Origin: Phaeosaccion multiseriatum
Lineage: Eukaryota > Protista > Ochrophyta, other classes
Assembly: GCA_965112735.1 (NCBI GenBank)
Contig: OZ218950.1
Location: forward strand, 3,410,001 to 3,474,000
Direction: 5' to 3'
Length of the DNA stretch: 64,000 nucleotides
In this document: in pieces, positions 1 through 12,462 of the stretch
How positions within the stretch are numbered: position 1 is the stretch's first letter
Layout: the number at the start of each line of letters is the position of its first letter
Made by a program: the position numbers and the translations under genes
Notes under the pieces: model-generated
Told to the model about the DNA's origin: nothing
What the model saw: only the letters and a program-made list of their open reading frames with translations
Databases searched by the model: none

Positions 1-454
1 TACAGCGCATTCCCTGCCATCTGTGAGGAAGCAGTTGAGACTTCCGCGCGGCCGGAGATCTCGCGCGCGGGAGAAGCAAGGGGATCCCTCTCTTTCGTAC
101 GCAATGCCCCGGCTGGGGAGTACGGGGGAAAGGAAGGAGGCTGCTCGAGAGCGACTTGCTTCGCTGAATCGAAGGTCCTCTCAAGGCTCCTTAGTACGCC
201 AAGATCCAAGGCATGAAAGACGAACCCACGCTGCAGCTTCATCTCACGTGGAAAATGCTGCGTATATGCAGGTCCGGCTCATGCCCGATTCGTGCATCTC
301 AGCGAGCGTCCGAACTGGTGTCCGAAGTAGTGTCTCTCTCTCTCCAGCACCACAATCATCGCCCGATCAAGTTCCTCACTCTCTCCCTCTCCTACTGTGT
401 CTGTATCCGAACTCATCTTCTCAACATCAGGAGTTCAGGAGCGCACTTGCCGAC

Positions 455-3400
455 ATGGAAAGGAAGGGCAGCGATAATAGCACCAGCAGGGACAGGAGCA
501 GGAGTAGCCTGTCGGGCTCTGCGCGAAACGCAACAGCAGCCAGGGGCCTGTCGTTGCAGGGACGCAGGGAGGGCAGCCCTCAGCCTACCAGCAGCAGCAC
601 GAGCATGAAAAGAAGGGAAAGTGGTGGTAATGGAGGTCTCCGTCTTGGTCCGGAGCGTGGTCGAAGGCTCTCCTCCTCCCCAGAGGCTCCAAGTCGGAGC
701 TGGTGGGACGGCCCATCAGACCCCTCGGGAACTCTGGTTGATGCAAGTGACCGCAACCTCATGTGCAGTAGCAGCAGCAGTGACAGCAGTAGCAGCACCT
801 CTGGGCCCACAGCTGTGTTTGGTTGCGCGGACCATGCGCTCTATGAGGTGGAGCTGTGCACGGGAAAGCTCAAGAGGAAGCTCCACTCTCGATCCTCGGG
901 CCACAGCGACTGGGTCACTGCCGTCGTGCACACCGCGGGGAGAGGCGATATCGTCTCGGGAGGAAGCGATGGACAGCTCTGCAAGTGGCCCGCTTCAGGT
1001 ACTTGCCAACCACACAGTATGGATAGAATGCAGACCGCAGAGGTGACACGGGGGACATGTTCGTGTATGTCTAAAGAGTCAAGGAAGCTGAGGAGAGGAG
1101 CGTAAAAGAGTGCTCCCCATTCTTGTCCCGGATATTCTCCGACAGTTGTCACCTTCCCCATGGTCCGCTGCTTGTCGTTCCCAGGGTACTGTATCAACTG
1201 AGTTCGAAATCAGGAAGGGCTGAACCTGACAAACACCGAAACGGCAACCTCTTGACTTCTGTCACGCCCTGTCACCCTCAGGCGGTCTGGAGTGCCGACA
1301 GGTCCGGGCACACGAATCGTCCATCAGTCAACTTCGGACTGACGACACCGGCAAGGTGAGGAAGAACGGCGCAGCCCACGCTGTCTGTCTTGAGGAGGCC
1401 GTCTATCTGCAGTCAGTGGCAGGCAGCTCCAGACATATCAATCATGAGAGGACGGGACGGGCGAAAGCCGTACTGTTTACTGTCTGTCCTCTCTCTATAT
1501 ATATGCATGTGCGTTCGGGGCGTCGGGGCTGCTATTAGAACCGCAGAAGACCCTGCTCGAAGCAAGCGCTGCTGCCCTGTCCAACGCCGCTGCCAGCAAC
1601 GTGTTCACGGTTCACGTGTCCTTTCCGACCGATTCCTCCTCCCCCCCTCAGCCCGATTCCTCCTCCCCTCCTCCTTCTCTTTCACCCCCGGCAGGTTGTA
1701 TCGTCGGGCTGTGGGGGCGAGATTTGCTTGTGGAACGCGGCGCACGGAGGAGCGCTGTCCAAACTGACCGAGTTCGCGTCATCGGGTAGGACTGAACATA
1801 TGACTCAAGTTTTTGTCGATCCTTATCACTATAGCAGCGGTTCCCACTATATTTTGTTGTCGTGCTTCTTCTACTACTCCTGCTACTGCTACTGCTGTTG
1901 CTGGGCTCAACCCTCCTCTCCTCTCACCGTCAATCATTGAACCTTCCACCGCCTTCCCTCGCCTGCTACGTGTGTGCTGTGTCAAACCAAAACAAAAAAA
2001 GACAACACCGCTCCAGTGACCGACTTTATCTGGAAGGGAGAGTGCTTACTCGCGGGCTACCGGGACGGGAGTCTAACGTTTTGGGACGTACCCGCCGGAG
2101 GGGTAACCGCATCGGCCAGAGTCCAGGCTGCCCACCGGGGACACGTCACGGCCACTGCGGCTCTGGGGGCCCCCGAGGGGGACCACGAACAAGCCCAGGG
2201 GGGGACGGGGGCGGGGGGGAGTGTCGTGGTGTCAGGGGGGCAAGACGGCTTTGTCAAAGTGTGGGACGCGAGGTGTCTCTCCTCTTCGCCTTGCGTGGCG
2301 ATTGCTGCACACCGGAGCAGCCGAGGAGCCGGAGCTGTGGGTAAGAAAATAGAACGATAGGAGGGAGGGGAGGGAGGCAGGGAGGGAGGAAGGAAGGGAG
2401 GGAGGGAGGAAAGAAGGAAAGCAGGGAGGGGAAGAGGGAGGGAGGGAGGGAGAGAGGAAAGGAGGGAGGGAAAGAGGGAGGGAGGGAGGGAGGGAGGAAA
2501 GGAGGGAAGGAGGGAGGCAGGAAGAGAGGGAGGGAAAGAGGGAGGGAGGGAGGGAGGGAGGAAAGGAGGGAGGGAAAGAGGGAGGGAGATGCGCGTGGTA
2601 GTGGAAGTGGTATGAGCTTGCTGCGGCGCTGCCTGTACACTCTCCTCCCTCCGCCTCTTGAGACCAACGAACGAGCCAGCCAAAGCCCCACAGCACACTT
2701 AGTTACACACCCACCCACCCATCCATCCACTAGGGGGCTTGATCGGAGTGGGCAATCACACCCTCTTGAGCTACGGGGCAGACCGGAGGATCTGCAGACT
2801 AGATCTTCGGAAGGGGACAGAGGGAGAGGACGGCGACGGGCAGGCCGCAGTCGTGAGGGCCTTCGACGACCATAAGGACTTCATCTATAGGTATATGGAC
2901 ATGAAGGAGGCGGTATCGCCGATCCCCACCCGTCCTCACTCACTCCCTCCCTTCCCACCTACCTCCATACCCACCTTCCTGCTTGCATGCCTTCCTGCTT
3001 GCCTGCCTGCCTGCCTGCCTGCCTGCCTGATGCCTGCCTGTCTGCATGTCTTCCTGCTTACCTAAACGACTTCCTGCCGGCCTGACCAGTATGAAGCTCT
3101 GTGGCTCTTTGCTGCTGAGTGGAGGCGGGGATGGACTGCTGTTGGTTCACGACCTCAAGCGAGGGAAGCTCCTCTACGGCCTCGGGTGCTGCAAGTGAGT
3201 ACCATATATGCAGGGGAAGAGCTCGGAAGCCTATATAGCATAGCAGCAAGGGGGGGAGGGGACAAGAAGAAGAAGTTACGGGTGGGGCTCGCATCCGCTT
3301 CCATATCGAAGACAAGAGATAGAGTGGGTGTATGTCCCACACAAGCAAGCCCCTAAGTATGAGCGAGGCTTTGAGCACGCTCGCTTCGCCTTCTGCCCTC

Positions 3401-3647
3401 GTGGACGGATTCTGCTCTCTGCCTGCGTCGTTACGTCGTTCCATCACTGTCCCGGACCTCTCCCCTGACCCACTCCCTCCTCTCTGTCGCGGCGTCCCCT
3501 CCTTCCTTCCTTCCTTCCTACCGCCCGCCGCCGGATGACCCTCGCCCCAGGGGGGCCGTGCGCGCGATTGAGGCCTCTGCCTCTCGCCTCGCCGTGGGCG
3601 GAGACGATGGCAACATACTTACATACGCCTTTGAAGCCTTTGGATGA
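455..3647 (+). CDS. WD40-repeat protein (7 exons, ~455-998, 1282-1355, 1694-1785, ~2002-2340, ~2734-2890, ~3090-3194, ~3551-3647)
   Basis: GH..WD-type repeats are joined in frame across GT-AG introns: GHSDWVTAV...IVSGGSDGQLCKW, AHESSISQL...VVSSGCGGEICLWN, LLAGYRDGSLTFWD, VVSGGQDGFVKVWD, HKDFIY.MKLCGSLLLSGGGDG, AVRAIEASASRLAVGGDDGNIL...FG*. Confidence 0.85.
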
Positions 3648-3916
3648 GGGATGTGAAGGGGGGAAGACAGCGCGACAATGCTCCGCTCCCAAGATGCCTT
3701 TCAGAAAGAACAAGGGAGAGAATACTGTGTACAAAAGATTGACATGGTAGAGAGACGGGAGGGTTTGATCCCCTCGGCAGCAGGTGGGCCCCTTGGTTGG
3801 ACCAAGAGCCTCAACCCAACGCTCCTCTACAACATACTAAATGTATTTTTTTTTTAGTACTGGAGTGACTACTACTTCAAAAAAACAGGCATGGTCCATT
3901 TTCCCACTCGGAGAGA

Positions 3917-6900
3917 CTACCGGTGCTGTTTGCGACTCCTCCTCGAGGCGGGGTTCTGACCCTTCGATCGCCGCCTGCTCTGCTTCTCCTTCAATGGGCC
4001 TGTCCCGTGTGCCGTCGGACATGCGCCGTGGCACGTCGCCTCCCTCCCTCCAGCGGGCGCCGGCGAGAAGAAGGGGGCATGATCGGCGTGATGGCGGTGC
4101 GGGGAGGAGGAAAGCATGCCCCCTACTGTCGCCTCCGCCGCCGCTGAAACCGCAATGGCCATGGCAGAGGGTACGAAGTGCGAGCGCAGGGCTTGCGAGC
4201 TGTCGCCTGACAGGAGCATCGGACTGGACCTCGAGTGCTGCGAGTGGGAAGAGGAGGACAGCGCCTTTACTACCGGTGATGGTCGATGGGACGAGGGGTG
4301 ATGGTGGTGTTGTCCGTCTTGATCGTGCTTGTCGTCGTTGTATGTGTCCTGTCCCCAGCCGCCTCTTTGCTGCTGCTTGTGCTGCCGAAGAACAGGGAGA
4401 GAAAGTGCCTTGTGCAATCGTTTCTGCTGCTGCTCCTCCCGCTGCTGTCTCTTCCTGGCCCGCCGCGCCTTCGCCCGCAGCCCCGAGACATACTCTCCGG
4501 TCGACGACAAGGTGCTTCCTCCTCCGTCTGTCTCTGACGATGGGGTATCACATTGGGGCCCGCCCCCCGACTCTGTCCGTCTCGAGGGCCTTGTTTCGGA
4601 GGAGGGTGTGCTTGCTCGTGCACATCTCAAGAGGGACTCTGTTGCCTTGTCGATGTCAGCGGTGGTGCCCTGAGGAAGGGAGGAAGGGAGGAAGGGATAG
4701 AGGGAGGGAGGGAGGGAGGGAGGGAGGGAGGGAGGGAGGGAGGGAGGGAGGGAGGGAGGGAGGGAGGGAGGGAGGGAGGGAGGGAGGGAGGGAGGGAGGG
4801 AGGGAGGGAGGGAGGGAGGGAGGGAGGGAGGGAGGGAGGGAGGGAGGGAGGGAGGGAGGGAGGGAGGGAGGGAGAGGATTAGAGGAGAGGCTCAGCAGGC
4901 ACAGGCTGGTGGTAACCACAGGCGGAGAGGTGAGGGGCGCGATCGCCCTCTGCTGTCGATCGTTCGCATCAGCAGCCCGCCTTTTCTACCATTCCGTTCT
5001 GTTCCACCCTCCTTCTCACCTGCTTAGCTTGCTCCTCTGCATCCTCTTTTTGCCACTTCTGGACCAATGCGGCCAGCGGTGCTCTCCAATGCAGCAGCCC
5101 CCTACCTGCGGACCCCCCTCCGGAGTGCCTTTTGGAGCGCCGAAAAGTATCCGACGGTGTACTTCCCACCCCGGACGTTGACGACAAAGGCTTCTGCTGC
5201 CGCTTTTGGCCCCGCAACGTCGAGTTCAATGACACAGATCGTCCCAGACGTTTGGCTGAAGTCGCAGTATGGCCAGAAGGGGAAGAGGATCGCCGAAGCC
5301 CCTGACTAGCACCCGGAGCAGCGAGACTGTGCATCGTCTCCTGCTGCCGCTCCTTCTCCTTCTCCATCTCTGAGAGCAGCAGCGTCACCACCTCGTCTTG
5401 TCGCCGCTCCCACCTGGCTCCGACCTGCTTCACCACGGCGGTCATGCGGCGCTTGGCCTGAATGTCTTGGAGAATGTCCCCTGCTTCTGCTGTGATGCCG
5501 TGCCGTTGCAGCTGCAGGCGAAGGCCCGCCTGATCCATCAGGGAGGGAGGGAGGGAGGGGGTTATCAATTAATCCGCGGACCATCCAAAGAGAAAGCAGC
5601 AGAAGCAGCAGCAAGTGGTGGTGAATAGTCGAAGAGTCTGTGTCATAACCCACTGAGTGAGAGGTAGGTAGGTTACCCCATCTGCAGAGAAAGAATGAAT
5701 CATCAAGCACCAAATCAGTACGTGTCCCCCACTCCCTCACTGACTCACTGACTCACCTGCTCACTCTCCAGCTTCTTGACGGCGTCCGCCACCCCCTGCA
5801 GGCCGGCCTCCGTTCCGATCTTCTGCTTGAGTAGGCGGGACATCTCACCAGCCATGGCGTTTTTGTCAAGGTCGAGCAGATTCAATTCTCGGGCCAGCTG
5901 GGCTGACTCCTTTCGCTTCAGCGTCTGGCGGATGGCCAGAGACTGCAGCCCCACGCTCTGCATCGCCAGCTCGTCACGTATCTTGCTGTTCACAAGGAGG
6001 GCGCCCTTTGCTTCCTCGGCCAGGGCGTTGAAGGCGATATACGTGTAGTTACCGTCCATTTCTCGGAGCGTCTGTTATGGATGTGGGAAGGAAGGAAGGA
6101 TGGGGGAGGGGACAGAAGCGGTGAGCTGAACCCCCTACACTCTAAGCACAGCCAGCCTTGGCGCCATTCAGATTGCTCCTTCCTCTCCCTCAGCAACACC
6201 CACTCCTTCCCTTCCCTTCTTTCACTCTGAAGAAGCGCTTGTCATCAGATCATCTCTAATCCCTTGCGTCTGATCCCCTTTCTCACACTTCTGCGCCCCC
6301 TCTCCCCTTCTCTCTTTCTCTCTTTCTCCCTTCTCCCTCGTACATTTCTGAATGCAGCCTCAAGCTTCCGTCTCAAGTCTAGCATCTCCCTCATCACATT
6401 GTGCTTCATCTCCTCGTGCTTCATCGTATGGTCGGATAAATCCTCCATCACGGTCTCCACGTCTGCATGAGATAGGAACCAGGGAGGGGAGACGAAGGCG
6501 ATTGAATCAGGTCCGTGATGGAGTCCACCTTGCCGCATGTGGCTCGCGAACACCCCGGCCAGCCCCCCTCCTCCTTCTTCCATATTTCCTGATTCGAGCC
6601 CCTCGATTCAGGCCCGAGGAGCGGTGGATGATTATGATGCGAGCTGTCTCGGCTTACCCGCGGTCATGGTTTGTATCTCGTTCAAGACTACTGTGTAAAT
6701 CTTGTGCTTGTTCTGCAGCTGACCCAGCTGCCCCTTCAGCACCTGCGCCTCATACATTAGCTTCTCCTTTTCGCACTGCTGCTCGTCTTTTAGCATGGAG
6801 ACGTCTGTGGGTGTGGGGTGTTCAGCGAGGGAAGAGAGAGGGGGGATTGGAGGGTGCACGTATGAGACGACAACCAACACCCCGTCGTCCTACCTGCCGC

Positions 6901-7163
6901 GTTTCTCCCCTTGAGCATCTCCATATACGCCTCCATCTCCCCCAGCCGTTCCGTCTTCTCGTCGTTCTCAAGGCTGAGCATCTGGAAGAGGGGAAAGAGG
7001 ACGTAAGTGGAGCATGAGCACTGAAGGATGGCACCAAAACGCACCCACTTACCTCAATCTGCTTCTTCTCCCCAAGAATGCGATCGTCAATGTCAGCGAG
7101 CTCCTGCTGCAGAGACAGAGTCTCCTCATCGAGCTCCACGTTCTCCTCCACAGCGGACGCCAT
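3917..7163 (-). CDS. Multi-exon coiled-coil protein, possibly BBOF1/CFAP157-like (cilia/basal-body associated); 3' end uncertain
   Basis: Exons read MASAVEENVELDEETLSLQQELADID.., ..KHEEMKHNVMREMLDLRRKLEAAF.. and ..AFNALAEEAKGALLVNSKIRDELAMQS.., all in heptad pattern. The last segment resembles, from memory, the 'A..L.e..k....eN..l..eL' block of BBOF1/CFAP157. The family call is inference. Confidence 0.55.
4701..4873. repeat. (GGGA)n tetranucleotide microsatellite, intronic
   Basis: Perfect run seen directly. Confidence 0.95.
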
Positions 7164-7305
7164 GGTATATATTCATAGGGAGAGCCCGAGCCCAGCAGGA
7201 TTTCTGTAACGTATAGCCCATACACCTCCAAATATTTGGATCTGAGGAAGCCACAAACCCCCTTTTCTCTCAGAGGAAAGGGCAAACAAACAAACAAACA
7301 AACAA

Positions 7306-9191
7306 ATGGCGGCTCCCCATGGAAACGCGACACCGGTGATACTTCTGCTTGTGTTGCTTGTGTCTTCATGCAACATTGCTTTGAACGAAGCATTTAGCTT
7401 TGGGGCGGTCCCCAGGAGAGGCACATGTGTCCTATCAGCAGCGCCGGCCACAACCGCAACAGCGAAGAAAGGCGGTACGGAATGCGCCTGCTTGAGTAGT
7501 GGCAAGTGGAGCAGCGGCAGCGCAAGTAGGAGTGCAGCGTGGGGCGTGGTGTCGACAGGATGCAGAGGGGGGCCTTTTTCAAGCACGCTGCTATCCGCAT
7601 CAGAAGACGGGGCCGGGGCCGGAGCCGAGGGAGCGGGGGAAGCTACGGTAGCCGACCCCAAGGAGGGGGAAGGGGAAGGGGGAGAGGAGGCGAAGGAGGA
7701 GGTCAAGGAGGAGAAGCCGGACCCGAATGCGGAGGTGAAGGCCAAGATTGCCGAGTTGCAGAAGCAGGTACGGGGTTGTTGAACAAGGACTTGGGCTCCG
7801 CTCGACAAGGAATAAGAGTTGCTCTCACGTAAGGCCAGGGATCGGTGTTTGTTTGACTTACGTGTGTGTCTCTTACTGTTTTTTCTGTTGGTCGGCAGGT
7901 GGACGCCGCTACCAGAGATGTGGACAAGGCCAGAACCGACGTGGACCTAAATGGCCAGAGTGGCTACATGAGTCTCGCAGCCGAGGTGGCTAACTACCGA
8001 GTAAGTAAGGAACGAAGGAAATCGCTTCCTTCGTGGCTCTGAGTCACTTGTTGTTTTTGTTGGGGTTGCCCACTCGCTCCGCTCCTGCGAATCACACATG
8101 ATCTCTTTTGTCTCCTTTCTGCCTGTCCGTCTCATCGCTACGAGCGTAGCGTGTGTAGCGACTATGATATTATGATGTGCATATGACCACCCCTCCATCT
8201 CCCATCTCTGATCATACTGCACCTGTGCACACATTCTCACTAACAACCCATACCACACACACACACCTGTGCACACATTCTCACTAACAACCCATACCAC
8301 ACACACACACCCACACACCCACCCACACACCCACCCACACATACACACACACACGCACCAGCGAAAGCGCACGGACGACCGGTCCTCCCTGGAGGCCAGC
8401 GCCATGAGCGGCGTGATGAAGTCATTTAACACCGTATTCGAGGACTTTGAAGGGGCGGTGGGGGTGCTGGGGGAGGCCACCACGGAGGACCAGCAGCGCC
8501 TGCACGCAAGCTATCAGGGGCTCTACAGGAACCTCCTGGACGGCTTCAAGAAGCTGGGCATGAGCAAGTTCGAAGGTAGGAAGGGGGGGCGTAATATGTT
8601 GTTGGAGAGCCAAATTGTGCCCCAAAGGAAGTCCCCACTCCTCTTTGGGGCACTTTGGCTCTCCAACAACTAACTCCATTGGGTGCCCCGTCTTTGAAGG
8701 CGGGGGTCGCTCTAGACTGCGCTGTGACCCGTGAACCCGGGCATGCATCCTCACGACCGCACGACCGCGTGCGTGTATATATGTATGCCAGTGTGTATCT
8801 AAGCGTGTTGCTGACATTGTGCCTCCACCCACCCTCCTACCCCCCCCATCCCTCCCTCACAGCTAAGCCCGGGGACAAGTTCAACATGTGGAGACACGAG
8901 AAGGTGGGAGAGGACGTGGAGCATCCGACGATAGGCAAGGGGAAGATCATCGAGTGCCATCGCGAGGGGATGGAGGTCAACACCCGAGTGTCCCGTGAGG
9001 CCCGCGTGGTGGTGAGCAGTGGCAACGACGCAGAGAGGCAGGCAGAGGAGGAGGCTAAGGTGGCCAAGGAGGCGGAGGATAAGGCCAAGGCGGAGGCGGA
9101 AGCGGCGGAAGCGGCGGCAGGACCAGCAGGAGGAGGAGGGGAAGGGGAGGCGGAAGGGGCAGCGGGTGCGGAGCAGCCCATTCAGGCATGA
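7306..9191 (+). CDS. grpE: GrpE nucleotide-exchange factor, plastid-targeted, divergent (exons ~7306-7767, 7899-8000, 8362-8575, 8863-9191)
   Basis: A hydrophobic signal (VILLLVLLVSS) plus EAF motif and transit peptide precede the GrpE motifs AEVANYRRKR, SYQGLYRNLLDGFKKLG, PGDKFNMWRHE and GMEVNTRVSREARVVVS. Confidence 0.8.
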
Positions 9192-9993
9192 CACCACGTG
9201 TAAGGGAGTACGAGAGGGAAGGTGCCTCTGACAAGACAAGACTCGACAGAGGGGTGTGTGGACCCGATGTGTGTGTGTGTGTGTGCTTGCGGCGGTGTGT
9301 CTCACTTTCTACCATGATGAATGGAAACTGTGCTGTGTTGGTGTGACTCACCGGCTCATATAGTGTCGACTGCCGAACTTCACCACTTCCCACATCCGAA
9401 TGATCTTGTTTGAAACAACAAGAGGAGCCTGTCGAACAAATGGAGGCAGCTGGCGAAGCACGTCTCCTCGTCTCGTTTGGGTTTTTTTGTCGATGAGATG
9501 AAGGAAGCATTGCTGCCGCTTTGAGCCTCTCGTGTGTTGTGCTCGTCTCGAAGAGGAGTGCGGAAGACGTACACTATTAATGGTAATTGTACTACTCAAA
9601 GCAGACGGTGCATGCGTGGAGGTCGACGCGAAGCAGCAGAGCAAGCACTCGCACTCGCTTGACTTACCACACACAGCGCCCCACCCTCTCCCACACCACT
9701 GCCTGCCTGCGTGCCTGCCTGCGTGCCTGCGTGCCTGAACTTCGTCATCAGAGCCTCTCTGTGGGGCACTCGTCACTTGAGAGACTCGTGTGCTCAAAGC
9801 CCTGACCTGCTCATTTAATTGCCTACGCCTGGGCCCTCCCCCCCCCTAGTACTTGACAAGATACCTTCGCTCGGCATAGTTTCTCTCACCTCCCATTTCC
9901 GTTTTTGTGTGGCATAGATACTTTCTGAGCGAAGAGGACGCCGAGATGTGTCCACGTGTGTATGTGGCCCCCTCCGCTGACCCACTTTCAACC

Positions 9994-10207
9994 CTACAGA
10001 CCCCACAACGGGGAGGCCTTCGTCGCCTTGGAGGAGGTTTTGGCCTTCTTCGCTCGCGTTCCTGACGAGGAGGAGGATGCAGACCCGGGTGCCGCAGGGG
10101 GAAGGGGGGGGGCAGCGGTCGAGGCGGATTTCTTGCTACCCCCCCGGGGTGCCGCCGCTTTCCTCTTCTTCGTCGCCGCCAGGTGATTGCTATTGCTACT
10201 GCTGCTG

Positions 10208-10246
<39 letters not shown>

Positions 10247-12343
10247 GATGGGTTGTTGGTTTTGATGGGTAAGGAGGAGGGCGGTCTGTAGTCCCTCTGC
10301 TGCGGTTTGCCACGTCCGCGTCCCTGCGGGTACTCTTGCTGCTGCCACTGTTGCTGACGCCTGCTGCTGCTCCCCGCTGCCCCCATCCCCGCCCCTGCCC
10401 CTCCGCGCATCCTCGCCTTGGCCTCTTGTATGCTCCGCTTGAGGTCTTGGCGCCTACGCTCCTCCTTCTCAACCTGCGGCCGTACGGCGGTATCACCCCG
10501 TATTCGTGTACCCAGCCCCGCAAGACAGAGGGCGAAGGAAGCAATGTCATGGAGGTCAGAGGTGGGAGGGAAAGGGCGGTGCGATAGAGTGACTGTGAGG
10601 CTGAGCACGAACTCTCTGGACTACTTTTTGTCGAGGAGCGGCAAGCAAGAAAGAATGAGATCTGTCGATGTAGTCGTCGCTGCCCGTCATCCCGTCAGGG
10701 CGCGTCAGAGCGTTTCGTACCTGCGATTCACTCCGCAGAAGCTGCCCATCCTGAAGCTCCTGCAGACGATTCTGATTGTACGCGTACCGCGAAGGAAGTC
10801 AAGGCAGCAGGCAGCATTGGTCTAAAAGGGAAGAGGGAGTGAAGACGGCGTGGATACAGCAGGCAGGGCGAACAAGTGGCTCAACTCGGCTCGCGTGGGC
10901 AGAGCCCCTTGACGACCATGTGATCGGCCGCACCGAGACTATATTCAACTCGCGAGAGCGACGATCAAGGTTCGCCCCCCATCCACCCACTGCCTTTCCC
11001 TCTCCGAGGGAACGGAGCCTCACACACCTGAAGTAGGACCTTCTCCCTGGCGGCTTGCTCCACTTGCTCGTTTATCTGCTGCTTGTCCCGCTCCCAGTTG
11101 CTCGTCGCTGGGTCAGCAAGAGTGTCCTTAGTCCCCCCCCGAGTTGATGCTTCTCCTTCTCCTTCGAGGCCTGAGCGGAGCTCGTCTTCCACCCTCAAGG
11201 CTTCCTTCCGCAGCACCTCGATGGCTTCCTCTGCCTTAAAGGGTGGTGCGGCAAGAGAGAGCACAGCTTAGGGCACGGTATGAGTGTGGGGCAGCATGCG
11301 AATCCTCTCGTTGCTACAGGGGCCTCTCTCACGCGGCTCTCAAAAACTACGCGAAGCGACTTGCCGCACCTGCTTGAGAGACCTCGTAATTTTGCCCTCA
11401 CTGGCAGCCACCCCGACGATTTGGTGGTCCAGGCGTTTCTCCTCCTCCGTCAGCCATCCCTCGAAAGTCTTGGAGAAGAAAGAAGCAAGGGTGAGGAGGA
11501 GGAGGAGGAGGAGGAGGAGGAGGGAGGAGGAGGACACGCTTGTAGTGCGGCAGTACGGCTGCTGGGAAAGATTAGAAGTACACACACACCTTGCGCAGCT
11601 TGTGGTGCGCTTCAAGCTCCTGCCCCAGGTTTTCGAGCTGCACCTTTGCATGCCCCACCCGTCTTTGGCGGCAGCGGAGGCGTGAACAGAGTTAGGAGAG
11701 GCGAAACAGAGAGGTTAGGAGGAGAGAGCCCAAGGTTTCGAGCTGCATCTTTGCATGCCCCACCCGTCTGTGGCGGCAGCGGAGGCGGAAACAGAGTCTA
11801 TGCGAGGCGAAACAGAGCGGTTAGGAGGGCCTCGCTCCCTCGGGCCCCGAAGCACAGCGAGAAACGCAGGTGTGCCTCCTCATCCTACCTGCTCGTATCT
11901 CTGCGTCTTTCCACGAGCTGCGCGGTAAGGAGCTCCTCCTCGCCGGCTCTTGCCTCCTCCTGATCATATGGGGGGAGGAATGAAGGTATTGCAAGCTTTG
12001 GGGGGAGGCGCGTTGCGAATCACTCACTTCTAGTCTGGCCATCTCCAGCGAAGCGAGGTCCGCCTGCAGCCCCAAGAGCTCAATGCGAAGAGTCCTCTCT
12101 GCCCTCTCCTCTGCAACCAACTGCCTCGACGAAGGAAACGGAGGTCAGCAGACAAGGTATATGACGACGAAAAATGATTTAGCTCACCCGCTCTCGGAGC
12201 TCCGCTTCTTCTCGCTGAAGCTCCTCCTTCTCCCTCGCCGCCTGCTGCGCTCTTGAGTCAAGCTCGTCTACGCGCTGAGATAGCGAAGCCGGCATGCCTC
12301 TATCCGTGTGTTTTTTTCTCAAGGAAGGTTGGAAGGGTTCCAT
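9994..12343 (-). CDS. Uncharacterised multi-exon coiled-coil protein with Q/K-rich low-complexity tail
   Basis: Spliceable E/R/Q-rich helical exons: SQRVDELDSRAQQAAREKEELQ, AERTLRIELLGLQADL, HAKVQLENLGQELEAHHKLRK, AEEAIEVLRKEALRVEDEL, VEKEERRRQDLKRSIQEAK. Confidence 0.6.
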
Positions 12344-12462
12344 GTTGAGCTGAAACTGAAACTGAAACGCTGACTCAACCCTCAACACCCACACACCAAG
12401 TTTCCTTCACCCTTTCATTTATATATATTTACCTGGAGAACGAGTTTTGAGCACTGAGGAAG

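Noticed and set aside
1-243. Minus-strand frame open from ATG 243 to the window edge (MKLQRGFVFHALDLG...)
   Set aside because: It could be a divergent partner of the WD40 gene, but it is truncated and featureless, so I cannot support it.
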